Origin: Sulfuricurvum sp.
GTDB taxonomy: Bacteria > Campylobacterota > Campylobacteria > Campylobacterales > Sulfurimonadaceae
NCBI GenBank assembly: GCA_024637295.1
Contig: JAGXFL010000001.1
Location: 126,215-190,214, forward strand
Length of the DNA stretch: 64,000 nt
Reading direction: 5' to 3'
The position numbers were made by a program, and so were the translations under genes. Position 1 is the stretch's first letter; each line of letters starts with the position of its first letter. Shown in pieces: positions 45,144 through 54,975 of the stretch. The notes under the pieces were generated by a model that saw only the letters and a list, made by a program, of their open reading frames with translations, ran no database searches and was not told where the DNA came from.

Positions 45144-47270
45144 ATGCTTACGATCACTAAAACATTGCGAGTCGGTTCGTCTGTTGTAGCTGTAAATGGG
45201 AATGAGCAATGGATGATGATGCTTGACAGCAATCATAATCTGTATGTACTCGACAAAACCTCCTTTAATATTGTTAAAAAAATTCCGATTACCGGTCAAT
45301 ATTCAAATCGTCATCCATACGATCGTGCATTTAGTATTTCATCCAAGCTGGATTTGGTGATCTCGTCCCCAAGTGATGGCAGAAGTTTTTTAATGCGTTT
45401 TAGCAATAAACTCGAAGCCGTTGTAACATTGGATTATAATGATAGAACGGTATCTTGCAGCGCATTTAGCAATGACGGTCATCTTCTGACAATTGGTGGA
45501 CAAGATGGCAAAACATTTTTATACGATGTAGAAAAGCAACAGCTTACCGGAGCTCTTAAAACGGTTCCAGATCATATATCGGCAATTGCGTACTCTCAAA
45601 ATAAGCGTTTTGTAGCAATAAGTTCATTTGATAAGAGTACCGTTATTTTTAATTTAGATTGCAATGTTGTTGTCCGGCGTTTTAAACTGGAAGATTTTGC
45701 GATTGAGCAAGCCATCTTTGTTGATGATGACACAAAACTAATAGGTTTGACACGCCATAAAACATTGGTTCTGTACGATATCGAGACACGTGCTGTCAGT
45801 ACAAGTACCTTTGAGATTCCAAACTGGCCTACTCATGTTATTACCATGGGGCCAAGTCATATAGTGATTGCTACGAAGGGGGATTATCTCTATTTAATCA
45901 ATCACCACACCAATAAAATCACCAAATCCATTCTTTTAAATAATAGCGGTATCACATCAATGGTACTTCAAGACAATTATCTGTATCTTTGTTTTGTGGA
46001 TGGACAAATCGATATAATTGATACGTATCTTCATGTCAAAGAACTTATATTACATCTTCGTATCAATGAGTTCAAAGAGGCTACCGCTCTTATTGAAAAG
46101 AATCCGTTTTTGCTAACACAAGAGATGGTGAGTAAATACGATAAGTTATGGCCTTTGACATTGGATAAAGTGAAGCAGTTGCTGTTTGAGGGAAAAGTTG
46201 AGGAAGCATTGGAAATGGCCAAGCCATTTTTCCTCGATCCTCGTAAAGAAGAAGAGTATCTTTTTTGCTTAGGACATGCAGATGTTTTTGAAAAATTAGA
46301 TGAACTCATCAATAAAAAAATGTATGTGGATGCACATAAGCTGTGTGATGACTACCCTTTCTTGAAAAATGCGAGAATCTATGAACTGTTGGATAAACAG
46401 TGGGTCAGACTATTTCAAGCATGTAAGGTGTTATTTATAAAAAACGATACGGAATCACATGCCAGTGCCAAAGCAACGTTAAAACCGTATATGAGCATAG
46501 GTAGTAAAAAAGTTTTGATAGAGAATCTAGAATCTGAGTATAAGACTTTTATGAGAGCAGATGAGTTGATTCGAGAACGAAACTTCAAAGCCTATTTTGA
46601 TCTTGTAGGATATAGCTCATTTTTAAAACAAGAAGAGATGTATACTCGCGTAGTGCAAATAGGGCAGCAGACCTATGAAAAACTCAAAATCTTAGAGGCA
46701 GAAAATCGTTATGATGACGCTTTAAAAGTGGCTGTATATCTGAGAGATTTCACACCATTACGTGATAAAATCACCGTTACTATAGAGATGTTAAACATCA
46801 AAAAGCAATTGATAATCTGGATTGAAAACAATCAAATTCTTAAAGTATATGAATGTATTGATAAATACAAAGAGTTAGAGTTTTTTGATCCTTTTGTGGC
46901 GTTTCACCAACATTTTATTGATCTGCAAACCAAGGGTTGGGAACTGGCAAAACTAGGCAGATCCGCATGGATTGCCAAAACTTTTTCTCCATATGTGAGA
47001 GCCGAATATACCATGCATACGGTAGGGCAAATTATCAAAAAATCGTATTTGCAAGAACTCAAATTTTCGTGTGACACGGAGCGATCCAATATTGATTTTG
47101 AACGAACCATCAAACAGTATATTAATTTATTTGGTGTGGATAATGAGTTGTTCTATCTTGCTCGAACCGAAAGATTTGAGGAACAATTAAGACTCGATGA
47201 TAAAAGCGGCAATGATCGCGGTTATGAAACCAAAGAATATCCGCACTCAATTATCGTACGGAAGTCTTAA
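45144..47270 (+). CDS. WD40-like beta-propeller protein with helical C-terminal region
   Basis: VSCSAFSNDGHLLTIGGQDGKTFLYD, ISAIAYSQNKRFVAISSFDKSTVIFN, then a long helical tail. Confidence 0.75.
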   Translation: MLTITKTLRVGSSVVAVNGNEQWMMMLDSNHNLYVLDKTSFNIVKKIPITGQYSNRHPYDRAFSISSKLDLVISSPSDGRSFLMRFSNKLEAVVTLDYNDRTVSCSAFSNDGHLLTIGGQDGKTFLYDVEKQQLTGALKTVPDHISAIAYSQNKRFVAISSFDKSTVIFNLDCNVVVRRFKLEDFAIEQAIFVDDDTKLIGLTRHKTLVLYDIETRAVSTSTFEIPNWPTHVITMGPSHIVIATKGDYLYLINHHTNKITKSILLNNSGITSMVLQDNYLYLCFVDGQIDIIDTYLHVKELILHLRINEFKEATALIEKNPFLLTQEMVSKYDKLWPLTLDKVKQLLFEGKVEEALEMAKPFFLDPRKEEEYLFCLGHADVFEKLDELINKKMYVDAHKLCDDYPFLKNARIYELLDKQWVRLFQACKVLFIKNDTESHASAKATLKPYMSIGSKKVLIENLESEYKTFMRADELIRERNFKAYFDLVGYSSFLKQEEMYTRVVQIGQQTYEKLKILEAENRYDDALKVAVYLRDFTPLRDKITVTIEMLNIKKQLIIWIENNQILKVYECIDKYKELEFFDPFVAFHQHFIDLQTKGWELAKLGRSAWIAKTFSPYVRAEYTMHTVGQIIKKSYLQELKFSCDTERSNIDFERTIKQYINLFGVDNELFYLARTERFEEQLRLDDKSGNDRGYETKEYPHSIIVRKS

Positions 47271-47282
47271 CACTTTTCTTTT

Positions 47283-47540
47283 TTATGCTTTAATATCCAA
47301 TAATCTAGTTGGTTTGTCGGATTTTTCAAGATCAGTTGCACGCATAAAACCAATATTTATGATTTCTTTTGCCCCTTCATAGTTTTGGGTGTACATCATA
47401 GAGTTATAAAGACGTTTTTCGGATGCAGTAAGCTGAGGAGCAACGGTAAGGAAATCATCTTTTAGTTGGTCTTGCAGAGGATCAGACTCTGTTTCGTAAG
47501 GGTTTAAATAGGGAGATGAACTGTTTGTTTGGACTTGCAC
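47283..47540 (-). CDS. Small hypothetical protein
   Basis: 85-aa ORF with GAGGAG RBS and GTG start. Confidence 0.55.
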   Translation of the reverse strand: MQVQTNSSSPYLNPYETESDPLQDQLKDDFLTVAPQLTASEKRLYNSMMYTQNYEGAKEIINIGFMRATDLEKSDKPTRLLDIKA

Positions 47541-47591
47541 CTGTACTCCTCATACGGTATGTATGAAAAGTTAGAGCAAAAAACAGTCCAA

Positions 47592-47843
47592 TTATTTTTG
47601 ACGCGTAATGTCGTACAAAAATCGAAATACTTCGGCAACGGCGATATAGAGTTTTTCGGGTATCTCTTTATCGAGTTCGACTTTACTCAAGAGTTCAACG
47701 AGGTCAGCATCTTCTTGGATAGGTAGATTATGCAGTTGGGCGATTTTGATGATATTTTCTGCCGTTTCTCCTTTTCCTGTTGCGATGACACGGGGAGAGT
47801 TGTCTTTGGCTTGATCGTATCGAAGGGCGACCGCTTTTTTCAT
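47592..47843 (-). CDS. FlhB C-terminal-like (EscU/YscU/HrcU switch) small protein
   Basis: KAVALRYD...PRVIATGKG..AENII, LDKEIPEKLYIAVAEV. Confidence 0.88.
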   Translation of the reverse strand: MKKAVALRYDQAKDNSPRVIATGKGETAENIIKIAQLHNLPIQEDADLVELLSKVELDKEIPEKLYIAVAEVFRFLYDITRQK

Positions 47844-49096
47844 ACTTTAACCTCAAAGCCCGATTGAAAATCTGTATCCTCTGGCGTATAAGCACTTGTG
47901 GATGGCGCTATAGACTCTGTGGCGTCGTATACCCGAATAGCTCTGGGATTAATCCCAGCTTGTGTCAGCAGCGCTCTGAGAGTGCTTAGGTGATCTTGTA
48001 TGAGTTTTTTCAATTCTGTTTTTTCAGTATGTGCTTGGATCTCAAGTTGATTTCCCTCATACAGAGCCATCATAAAATCAATTTTTCCATACTCGGTGAG
48101 TTGAAGGTTGACTTCACAATAAAACTTTTTTCCTTCGCGCTTTTTAAAAGAGAGAGAGCCTTCTTCCAGTTTATCCCATGAAAATGGAAAATACAGAGCG
48201 TTTGAACCTTCTAAATGGGAAAGAAGCTGATGATAATCGATATTGGTGATCAGTTGATCGAGCTTGGTTTGTGTTTCATTCGAAACTGGGGTGGAGAATG
48301 TTTTGATCTCATCAGCTAGTTTCATGAGCTGGGATTTAACATCATTGCCTAAATGTTCATTGAGTTGACTTTGTATCAAAAGATGTTCAGGTTTCGTAAG
48401 TAATGCCAGCTGTTTATGCGTTGTATGGATTTGTTCGACCGCTTTTGCCTCATTTGGTGTAAGCGGATCGATTTTTGGCAAGATACGTTCAATCGTATCG
48501 CTAAGGGTTTGAAGCGTTTTGATAAGTGTACGTGCAGAAGCAATATCCTCCGCCGCTTTTTCTAAAAGGGGATGTTGTAAAAATTCCTTTACATCGAGTG
48601 CAAGATTTTTGGCTTCACTCTGAGGTGTTTGGGTCAACGCCTGTTGGAGTGTTTGAAGGGTTTCACGCAGGAGTTTCATGGGTGCAGTTGCGGATGCGAT
48701 TTTGGACTCCATAAAGACGCCGGAGTTGGATATCTGTCCTTTTAAGGTAGGAAGATCCAGCTTCTCTATGGATTTTAAAGATACTTCGAGTTTAGCAAGT
48801 GTGGAGGCTATTTCAGGTGTTGTTTTAAGTGTCGTGATTAAGTTTTTTAGTTCATTTGTAAAATTTCCAAATTGTTTAAATTGCGTATTGTTTTTAAGTA
48901 TATCAAGGAGTACTTGATCGGATTTAGTATTGGTAGTTTTAGATTGAAGCAAAAAGTTCATTACAGAGGTTAAATCTTTACTCTCTTTTAATTGCTCCAT
49001 CTGTGCAGGTGTGGCAAGCTGCATAGCCATATTCAATGCTTTATTGTGATGGGGCATCATGATAGTGATTTTTGCGTCGGGTTTAAAAGTTATCAT
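47840..49096 (-). CDS. FliK-like flagellar hook-length control protein
   Basis: SGVFMESK, and a C-terminal FliK-like region (CEVNLQLTEYGKI...L..LRALLTQAGI). Overlaps the FlhB-like gene. Confidence 0.7.
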   Translation of the reverse strand: MITFKPDAKITIMMPHHNKALNMAMQLATPAQMEQLKESKDLTSVMNFLLQSKTTNTKSDQVLLDILKNNTQFKQFGNFTNELKNLITTLKTTPEIASTLAKLEVSLKSIEKLDLPTLKGQISNSGVFMESKIASATAPMKLLRETLQTLQQALTQTPQSEAKNLALDVKEFLQHPLLEKAAEDIASARTLIKTLQTLSDTIERILPKIDPLTPNEAKAVEQIHTTHKQLALLTKPEHLLIQSQLNEHLGNDVKSQLMKLADEIKTFSTPVSNETQTKLDQLITNIDYHQLLSHLEGSNALYFPFSWDKLEEGSLSFKKREGKKFYCEVNLQLTEYGKIDFMMALYEGNQLEIQAHTEKTELKKLIQDHLSTLRALLTQAGINPRAIRVYDATESIAPSTSAYTPEDTDFQSGFEVKV

Positions 49097-49225
49097 GGTT
49101 AGTAGTCTAGCATATTTAAAAGTTAACTGATGTCTCGCAACTATAACTAACTGATTACATTAAAAATTAATTTTAGATATGCGTTGTATAGTTTATGACT
49201 TTTTTTTCAATGCAAGGAGTTTGAA

Positions 49226-49390
49226 ATGTTGTGTAAAAAACATGTTCCCCTGTGCTTAATGTGTGTAGGTGGTTGTCTCTCTTATTCTGCAGTTCTTTAT
49301 GTTACATTGGTTGTTATCACGATGTTAAGGGTAAGCACCCCGGAATTATCGGATACGATACAAAACAACGGGCATTTTGTTCTCCGCTAG
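49226..49390 (+). CDS. Candidate 54-aa Cys-rich membrane peptide (below the ORF-track cutoff)
   Basis: AAGGAG at 49214-49219, ATG at 49226. Translation [54 protein letters not shown]. Confidence 0.4.
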   Translation: MLCKKHVPLCLMCVGGCLSYSAVLYVTLVVITMLRVSTPELSDTIQNNGHFVLR

Positions 49391-50148
49391 ATTCCTCGCT
49401 GTTTTTTGATCATTTCGTATGCCGCATTAATTTCCTGCACTTTGGCCGTTGCGGCTTGGATATAGTCTTCATTAGCCCCTTGCGCTTTGACAATATCAGG
49501 ATGGTATTGTTTGACAAGCGCTCTATACGCACGTTTAAGTTCATCATTTGAAGCATCTTTGGTAATACCTAAAAGAGTATAAGCTTGGTCAATGGAACTC
49601 TCTTTGACGCTCTTGTGATGAAAGGAGCCAAATTGTTCTAGCATCGCAGTAAGTTCATTGGTATTGAAATGTAAAAACGCTGCAATTTTGGTGAGCATCG
49701 ATTCTTCGCTATGGCTGAGCGTTCCATCGATGTAAGCGAGATTGACTAAGAACTGCATCATCTGAATACGCTTGTGAGAATCGTTGCGTATGATCTCATA
49801 TAGGGCAAGCGCAACGTTATCAAGATTGTGCGGTACTTGTTTTTCGATGTCAAAAATCTCTTTGAGAAGCTCTTTCGCAGTTTTTGGATCAGGAAAAAGA
49901 GAGCTGATGTCATTGAACATATTTCCGACCAACTCGGCTTCGAGTTCATCGACTCTCCCATCGGCTTTGGCTACTTTTGCCGTAAGTGCGACGAAAAGTC
50001 CCAGTTCACTTTTGGCAAGCGATTCTCTGGTGAGAACAAATCCTCTAAACTGTTTTTGCGAGTATTCGCTTCCCTCATATTTTGAGTATCCTTTGGATAT
50101 CCAGTAAAAGATCGCTGCTAAAAAAGCCAATAAAAATATTTGTGTCAT
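49387..50148 (-). CDS. djlA: TerB + J-domain co-chaperone (DjlA-like)
   Basis: N-terminal [23 protein letters not shown]-domain [12 protein letters not shown]...INAAY. Start MTQIF after GAGGA. Confidence 0.8.
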   Translation of the reverse strand: MTQIFLLAFLAAIFYWISKGYSKYEGSEYSQKQFRGFVLTRESLAKSELGLFVALTAKVAKADGRVDELEAELVGNMFNDISSLFPDPKTAKELLKEIFDIEKQVPHNLDNVALALYEIIRNDSHKRIQMMQFLVNLAYIDGTLSHSEESMLTKIAAFLHFNTNELTAMLEQFGSFHHKSVKESSIDQAYTLLGITKDASNDELKRAYRALVKQYHPDIVKAQGANEDYIQAATAKVQEINAAYEMIKKQRGI

Positions 50149-50217
50149 AGTGTCCTCATAAAAATTCAAAAGATAAACGGCATAGTAGCAATAAATGGAT
50201 AATGAAAGAGCATGGGG

Positions 50218-51528
50218 TCAAAGAGTATTTTTAAAATATTTTAATGCTTTTTGGGAACTCTCTTTATGATTGACAATGGGGATGGGGGTGTAATCGCATG
50301 GTAGATGAAGCTTTCTATAGACTTCCGATTTGTCAAATTTTTTACTTTGAGTATAGGGATTAAAAATCCGAAAATAAGGTTGTGGATCGACACCTGTCCC
50401 TGCACTCCATTGCCATGAGAGGACATTACTGGCCGCATCGTAGTCCATCAAATGCTGTGCAAAAAAAGCTTCACCCCATTGCCATGGCAACAGCAGGTTT
50501 TTGGTGAAAAACGAGGCGCAAATCATCCGCACACGATTGTGCATCTCTCCGGTTTCCAACAGTTCTCGAACACCGGCATCGACAATCGGGACGCCTGTGC
50601 GTGCGGTGCAAAAGGCTTTGAAATAGTCGTCATTGGGTATTCCCTCAAAGTGGTAGCGAAAATTTTGAGTAGCCAGATGAGGGAAGTGGTACAACAGCAT
50701 GGCGTAAAAATCACGAAAGATGAGTTGCCGAAAAAAGGGTTCGGTATCAATGCCTTTTATTTTTTGTTTATCAATCCATCGTAAAACGGCTCTAATAGAG
50801 ATAGTGCCAAAACGAAGATCAACGCTAAGAGAAGAGGTAGCATCTAAAGCCATATAATCACGATCATGAGTGTAATTGGCAAGTTTTGAGGCAAAGGAAT
50901 GTAGTTTTTCATAGGGAGACATCATTTGATGAACACTAAGCTTTTGCATTTGGAAGTGGATGGATTCAATCGAGATAGGAAGTATTGTATATTTGTTGCC
51001 ATCAAGACGATGGATATGTATGTAATCAAAATCGATTAATCGCTGATGTACTGGAAGATACTCATAGGTGTGTTCGGAGTTAAATCGTGTTTTAGCGCAG
51101 TTATAAAACGGAGTAAATACTTGGTAGGAGGTTTTGTCTTTTTTGAGCACTTCATCGGGTTTAAAGATATAGGTGTCGTGCACATAGGTAAACTCAATGA
51201 GATGAGAAATCTCACAGTCACGCTCCAGAGCATACGCATCATAATCACCCGAGGCACATACGTCATGATAGGAACTGTTTTTTAACAGCCAACCAAAGAC
51301 ATCGGCAGGTTTACCGTAAAAAATGGCCAGATCAAGAGCTCGCGCACGCAAGGCGGATTTGAGATGCACAAGCGCATTAAAGATAAAGGTGACACGCCGA
51401 TCATTTTTGCTCAAGGGCTCTAAGATGGCAGGATCAAAGATGAAAATAGGGAGAACGTCACCCTCTTGGCACAGCAGAGGGTTATCGTCTACTCTTAAAT
51501 CTCTCCGAAACCATAGAATGCGACGCAC
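50218..51528 (-). CDS. phrB: Deoxyribodipyrimidine photolyase (cryptochrome/photolyase family)
   Basis: LWFRRDLRVDDN, YQVFTPF, TSSLSVDLRFG, TGVPIVDAG, MHNRVRM, WQWSAGTG, RIFNP. Confidence 0.9.
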   Translation of the reverse strand: MRRILWFRRDLRVDDNPLLCQEGDVLPIFIFDPAILEPLSKNDRRVTFIFNALVHLKSALRARALDLAIFYGKPADVFGWLLKNSSYHDVCASGDYDAYALERDCEISHLIEFTYVHDTYIFKPDEVLKKDKTSYQVFTPFYNCAKTRFNSEHTYEYLPVHQRLIDFDYIHIHRLDGNKYTILPISIESIHFQMQKLSVHQMMSPYEKLHSFASKLANYTHDRDYMALDATSSLSVDLRFGTISIRAVLRWIDKQKIKGIDTEPFFRQLIFRDFYAMLLYHFPHLATQNFRYHFEGIPNDDYFKAFCTARTGVPIVDAGVRELLETGEMHNRVRMICASFFTKNLLLPWQWGEAFFAQHLMDYDAASNVLSWQWSAGTGVDPQPYFRIFNPYTQSKKFDKSEVYRKLHLPCDYTPIPIVNHKESSQKALKYFKNTL

Positions 51529-51530
51529 GA

Positions 51531-52478
51531 TTATTTTCCGCTTTTGACATTAGAACGCAATGCGAGTGTTTTAGGATAAGGCTCTAAAAAAGTTTGTTCC
51601 AATAAATATTTTGTATCGTATTTTCGGGCATAAAGTTGTATTGTCGACAGAGGAACGATGAGGGGGATGATCTTATTCGCATAATCGCTTATTTGATCGT
51701 GGAGAGACTTTTTTTCACTTTTCGTAAGCTCTTTTTTGAAAAAGCCTGCCAAATGATCGAGGACATTTCGGGTATGTTTGATGGAACTTTTACGGCTAAT
51801 AGCGGTTTTGAATCCCAGTTCGTATTGCCCTAGCAATGCTTCAAACGATAATCCGCTTCGATTGGCAACGATGTTGCCCAATTCCCGATAAAGCTGTTCG
51901 TCTTTGGCTTGGAGCAAAAACTTATGTGCCGTATGAAATTGAACTAGATCGTTTAGGGTAGGGATGGCTGCTTTGAGTTTCTCAAACCGATCATATGCAA
52001 ACACTTGCATCACAAAATTTTCTCGCAGCCATGGGTCTTCGAGCCGTCCTTCTTCTTCCATCGGTAAGAGGGGATAACGCTCACGGCACATGCTTGCGAA
52101 AACACCATCCTCTTTTCCCTCACAAAAGCCGTTCTCAAGATAGATTTTTGCACTTTTGAGTCCGCAGCTGGGTGATTTGGATTTGAAAATAATGCCGCAA
52201 AGAGGTTCCTCCTCAAGGTGTGAAAGTTCCTCGGCACTTTTCTGTATCAACGCTTCGGTGAGATCATTGCCATTTTTATTGGAGTGTACTTGGAGCGTTT
52301 CCTCATTTTTGACCAGTCGTATGGAGGGACGAGGTGTTCCGTAAGCGAGATGTTCAGGGCAAAAAGAGACAAATTCTGCAAATTCTCCCAGCTCATCGGT
52401 AATGAAGTGGTCGTGTTTATGCCCTGCGTCAAAGCGAACTTTGGCACCTAACAGGCATGCTGATACGGCGATTTTCAC
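51531..52478 (-). CDS. DUF523-DUF1722 (YbgA family) protein
   Basis: KIAVSACLLG..VRFDAGH, CPE, KSKSPSCG, EEEGRL, ENF, FHTAHK, HLAGFFK. GTG start at 52478 overlaps the upstream stop. Confidence 0.9.
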   Translation of the reverse strand: MKIAVSACLLGAKVRFDAGHKHDHFITDELGEFAEFVSFCPEHLAYGTPRPSIRLVKNEETLQVHSNKNGNDLTEALIQKSAEELSHLEEEPLCGIIFKSKSPSCGLKSAKIYLENGFCEGKEDGVFASMCRERYPLLPMEEEGRLEDPWLRENFVMQVFAYDRFEKLKAAIPTLNDLVQFHTAHKFLLQAKDEQLYRELGNIVANRSGLSFEALLGQYELGFKTAISRKSSIKHTRNVLDHLAGFFKKELTKSEKKSLHDQISDYANKIIPLIVPLSTIQLYARKYDTKYLLEQTFLEPYPKTLALRSNVKSGK

Positions 52479-52936
52479 TGTACTTCCTTGGAAAAATAGT
52501 TTTGCGTTGCGCGATGGCGATAGGCAAACATGGTGTCCATGTCTTTTTTGATAAACGGTGCGATGAGATTTCCAAGCCACCCTAATGGGAGGCAAAAGGA
52601 GAGTTCTTCATCCATACGGGTTTCATCTTTTGACAGGGCTATGAATCGGCGTTCGTGTCGAAAAAAGGTAAAGGGCCCAGAAACCATTAGATCGATGACG
52701 CTATCGGGGCAGGAAAGCTTTTCTATTTTCATATTCCATCGGGTAGTCAAACCATAGCGTTTGATGTCTAAAATAACGTGTGAGTTTTCAACCATGGGTG
52801 TATCCATTTGCACGATCGTAACATCGATCCATGGAGGAGTGATGAGGGGGAGGTTGTGGGTGTCGGTATGGAAGTTACATACTTTGGATATATTTGAAGA
52901 TATTCTGCACTCATAATGTAATGTATGTATTTTCAT
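52475..52936 (-). CDS. SRPBCC family protein
   Basis: FHTDTHNLPLITPPW, GPFTFFRHER, MFAYRH. Confidence 0.82.
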   Translation of the reverse strand: MKIHTLHYECRISSNISKVCNFHTDTHNLPLITPPWIDVTIVQMDTPMVENSHVILDIKRYGLTTRWNMKIEKLSCPDSVIDLMVSGPFTFFRHERRFIALSKDETRMDEELSFCLPLGWLGNLIAPFIKKDMDTMFAYRHRATQNYFSKEVQ

Positions 52937-53112
52937 GAATTATATTTTTTTGACAAGGTAAGAGGAAATACACCTAATTCTTTTAACAAGAGTATTTGAC
53001 ATTTAATGTAGCTCATCGATGACCTTTGATGACATAGAATTAATATACTGGGATATTCTACGCTTAAAAGATATAATAAGACTTATAGTAAAAATAATTT
53101 TTAGCGGAGTCT

Positions 53113-53523
53113 TTGATAATGAAGCAAATAATTTATGCTAGTACAGCTACTGAGAGCGTTGATTATGATGTTATTAAGGATTTGTTAACTCAATGTGTCG
53201 CAAAAAACGATGAGTTCGGTATTACTGGAATGTTAGTTTTTGATGGGAAACAGTTTTTACAGTGTTTTGAAGGCAATGAAGCTTCGGTCATGCAACTCAA
53301 AGAGAATATTTTTAAGGATATTCGACATCATAGTGTTAATTTGATAGGAGAAAAAGAAATTACAAAACGGCTATTTAGCCAATGGTGTATGGGGTATATA
53401 AATAACGAACGATCTATAAAGCAAGTATTTTTAGATGTCAATGGAAGTGAAGAATATGCTCTTCAAAATTTACGCTATGAAAAAGCAAAATTAATTTTGT
53501 TGAAACTATCGTTTATGATTTAA
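53113..53523 (+). CDS. Stand-alone BLUF blue-light sensor
   Basis: IIYAS, ITGMLV, FLQCFEG, DIRH, RLFSQWCMG; the conserved Tyr, Gln and Met are present. Start at TTG 53113 or ATG 53119. Confidence 0.9.
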   Translation: MIMKQIIYASTATESVDYDVIKDLLTQCVAKNDEFGITGMLVFDGKQFLQCFEGNEASVMQLKENIFKDIRHHSVNLIGEKEITKRLFSQWCMGYINNERSIKQVFLDVNGSEEYALQNLRYEKAKLILLKLSFMI

Positions 53524-53556
53524 AACAATATACTGATAAAATAAAATAGATTTATT

Positions 53557-54975
53557 TTATTGAGTTGCTTGTCTGGTTCGTTTCATCAAATTTTTTGCCA
53601 TTTGGCCAAAGATGAAAAGATGAAATGGAAACATGATATACCAATAAACCCTTCCCAATAGACCATGGGGATAAAAATAGGCCGTTTGATACAAAGCGCC
53701 ATCCTTTATCAAGAACTCTAGCCATGCTTTTCCTGGAAGCTTCATTTGTGCATAGAGCAAAAGCCTTGCATTCTCTTGCAAATCAACCACTTTCCAAAAA
53801 TCAACACTGTCACCGATACGGAGATTTATAGGGTCGCGCCGACCTCTGGAGAGCCCGTATCCACCAAAAAGCTTATCAACAAAACCGCGAATTTTCCAAA
53901 GCAGATCAAATCCAAACCAACCATTGAAACCTCCGATTGTGCATATCGTATCAAAAAGATCTTTGGGATTGATGCTATCAAGCGGGATGATTTGTCTGTC
54001 TACAAAGACTGCATTTGCTAAAATAGAGTGATCTACCTCCCATGCCTCACCCGAGGCATCCGACCAACGACTGATAACTTGTGTATTTTTAATTTCCTCA
54101 ATTGCAGCCTTAACCGCTTGATCATAGCTGATAGGTTTAATCATCGGAAAAAGTCGTGCGGCATTGTTGTTTTTAACGATCACTTCGCTTTTTAACCCTT
54201 CTATAAGAGCCGATGCTACGGAGTAGGGGACGGGTGTCATGAGCGTTAGCCAATAGGAGGAAAGTTTTGGTGAGAAAAATGGTACCGGAATCAAGATACG
54301 TTCCAATCCAACGGCACGTGCATAGCCAAGTAGAAGTTCTTTATAACTCATCTGCTCGCTTCCAATGTCGATGACAGTACTTTCACTCTCTTCTAGCGTC
54401 GCAGCTTGGGCTAAATATTCGATGACATCACATTGGGCACTGGGTTGACATAGGGTATTGACCCATTTTGGAGTGATCATAAAGGGGAGTTTTTCAACCA
54501 GATTACGAATGATCTCAAAACTCGCTGATCCGGAGCCGATGATTACTCCGGCACGAAACCACAAGGCTTGGATTTTATCAGGCTGTGAGCTTAGTATTTC
54601 TCCGGTTTCAATGCGGCTTAAGAGGTGCTCACTGGCACTCTCTTTTTCCCCAAGCCCTCCCAAATAGATAATTCGTTTTACCCCTTGTTTGATACAAGCA
54701 TCCAAAAAGTTTTGTGCACTTTTTCGATCCAACTCACGGTAATTTTTGGACTCCATGGAATGTATCAAGTAATAAGCGGTATCGATACCCTCAAGTGCAG
54801 CTTCAAGACTTTTAATATCAAACGTATTACCTTGTGCGATCTGAATATTGGATTGTTGTTTAACCATTCGTACTTGTTTCATAAAAAGTCGAAGAGTGAT
54901 ATTTTTTTCCAATAAAAGACGCTGTTTAAGCCGTCCTCCGATGTATCCACTTGCGCCGGTGAGTAATATCTTCAT
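53557..54975 (-). CDS. SDR-like NAD(P)-binding protein with DUF2867 (YbjT-like)
   Basis: ILLTGASGYIG, YYLIHSM, IIYLGGL, IIGSGSASFE, GDSVDFWKV, MKLPGKAWLEF. Confidence 0.9.
   Translation of the reverse strand: MKILLTGASGYIGGRLKQRLLLEKNITLRLFMKQVRMVKQQSNIQIAQGNTFDIKSLEAALEGIDTAYYLIHSMESKNYRELDRKSAQNFLDACIKQGVKRIIYLGGLGEKESASEHLLSRIETGEILSSQPDKIQALWFRAGVIIGSGSASFEIIRNLVEKLPFMITPKWVNTLCQPSAQCDVIEYLAQAATLEESESTVIDIGSEQMSYKELLLGYARAVGLERILIPVPFFSPKLSSYWLTLMTPVPYSVASALIEGLKSEVIVKNNNAARLFPMIKPISYDQAVKAAIEEIKNTQVISRWSDASGEAWEVDHSILANAVFVDRQIIPLDSINPKDLFDTICTIGGFNGWFGFDLLWKIRGFVDKLFGGYGLSRGRRDPINLRIGDSVDFWKVVDLQENARLLLYAQMKLPGKAWLEFLIKDGALYQTAYFYPHGLLGRVYWYIMFPFHLFIFGQMAKNLMKRTRQATQ

Noticed and set aside
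49252-49551. Track ORF of 99 aa on the + strand
   Set aside because: It overlaps djlA antisense and lacks an RBS; the RBS-bearing frame at 49226 is the better candidate.
51531-52595. Track start of the YbgA-like gene (also extended starts at 15980, 22002, 24396, 29176, 42077, 55629)
   Set aside because: The extensions overlap neighbouring genes or lack an RBS; shorter starts fit the family N-termini.
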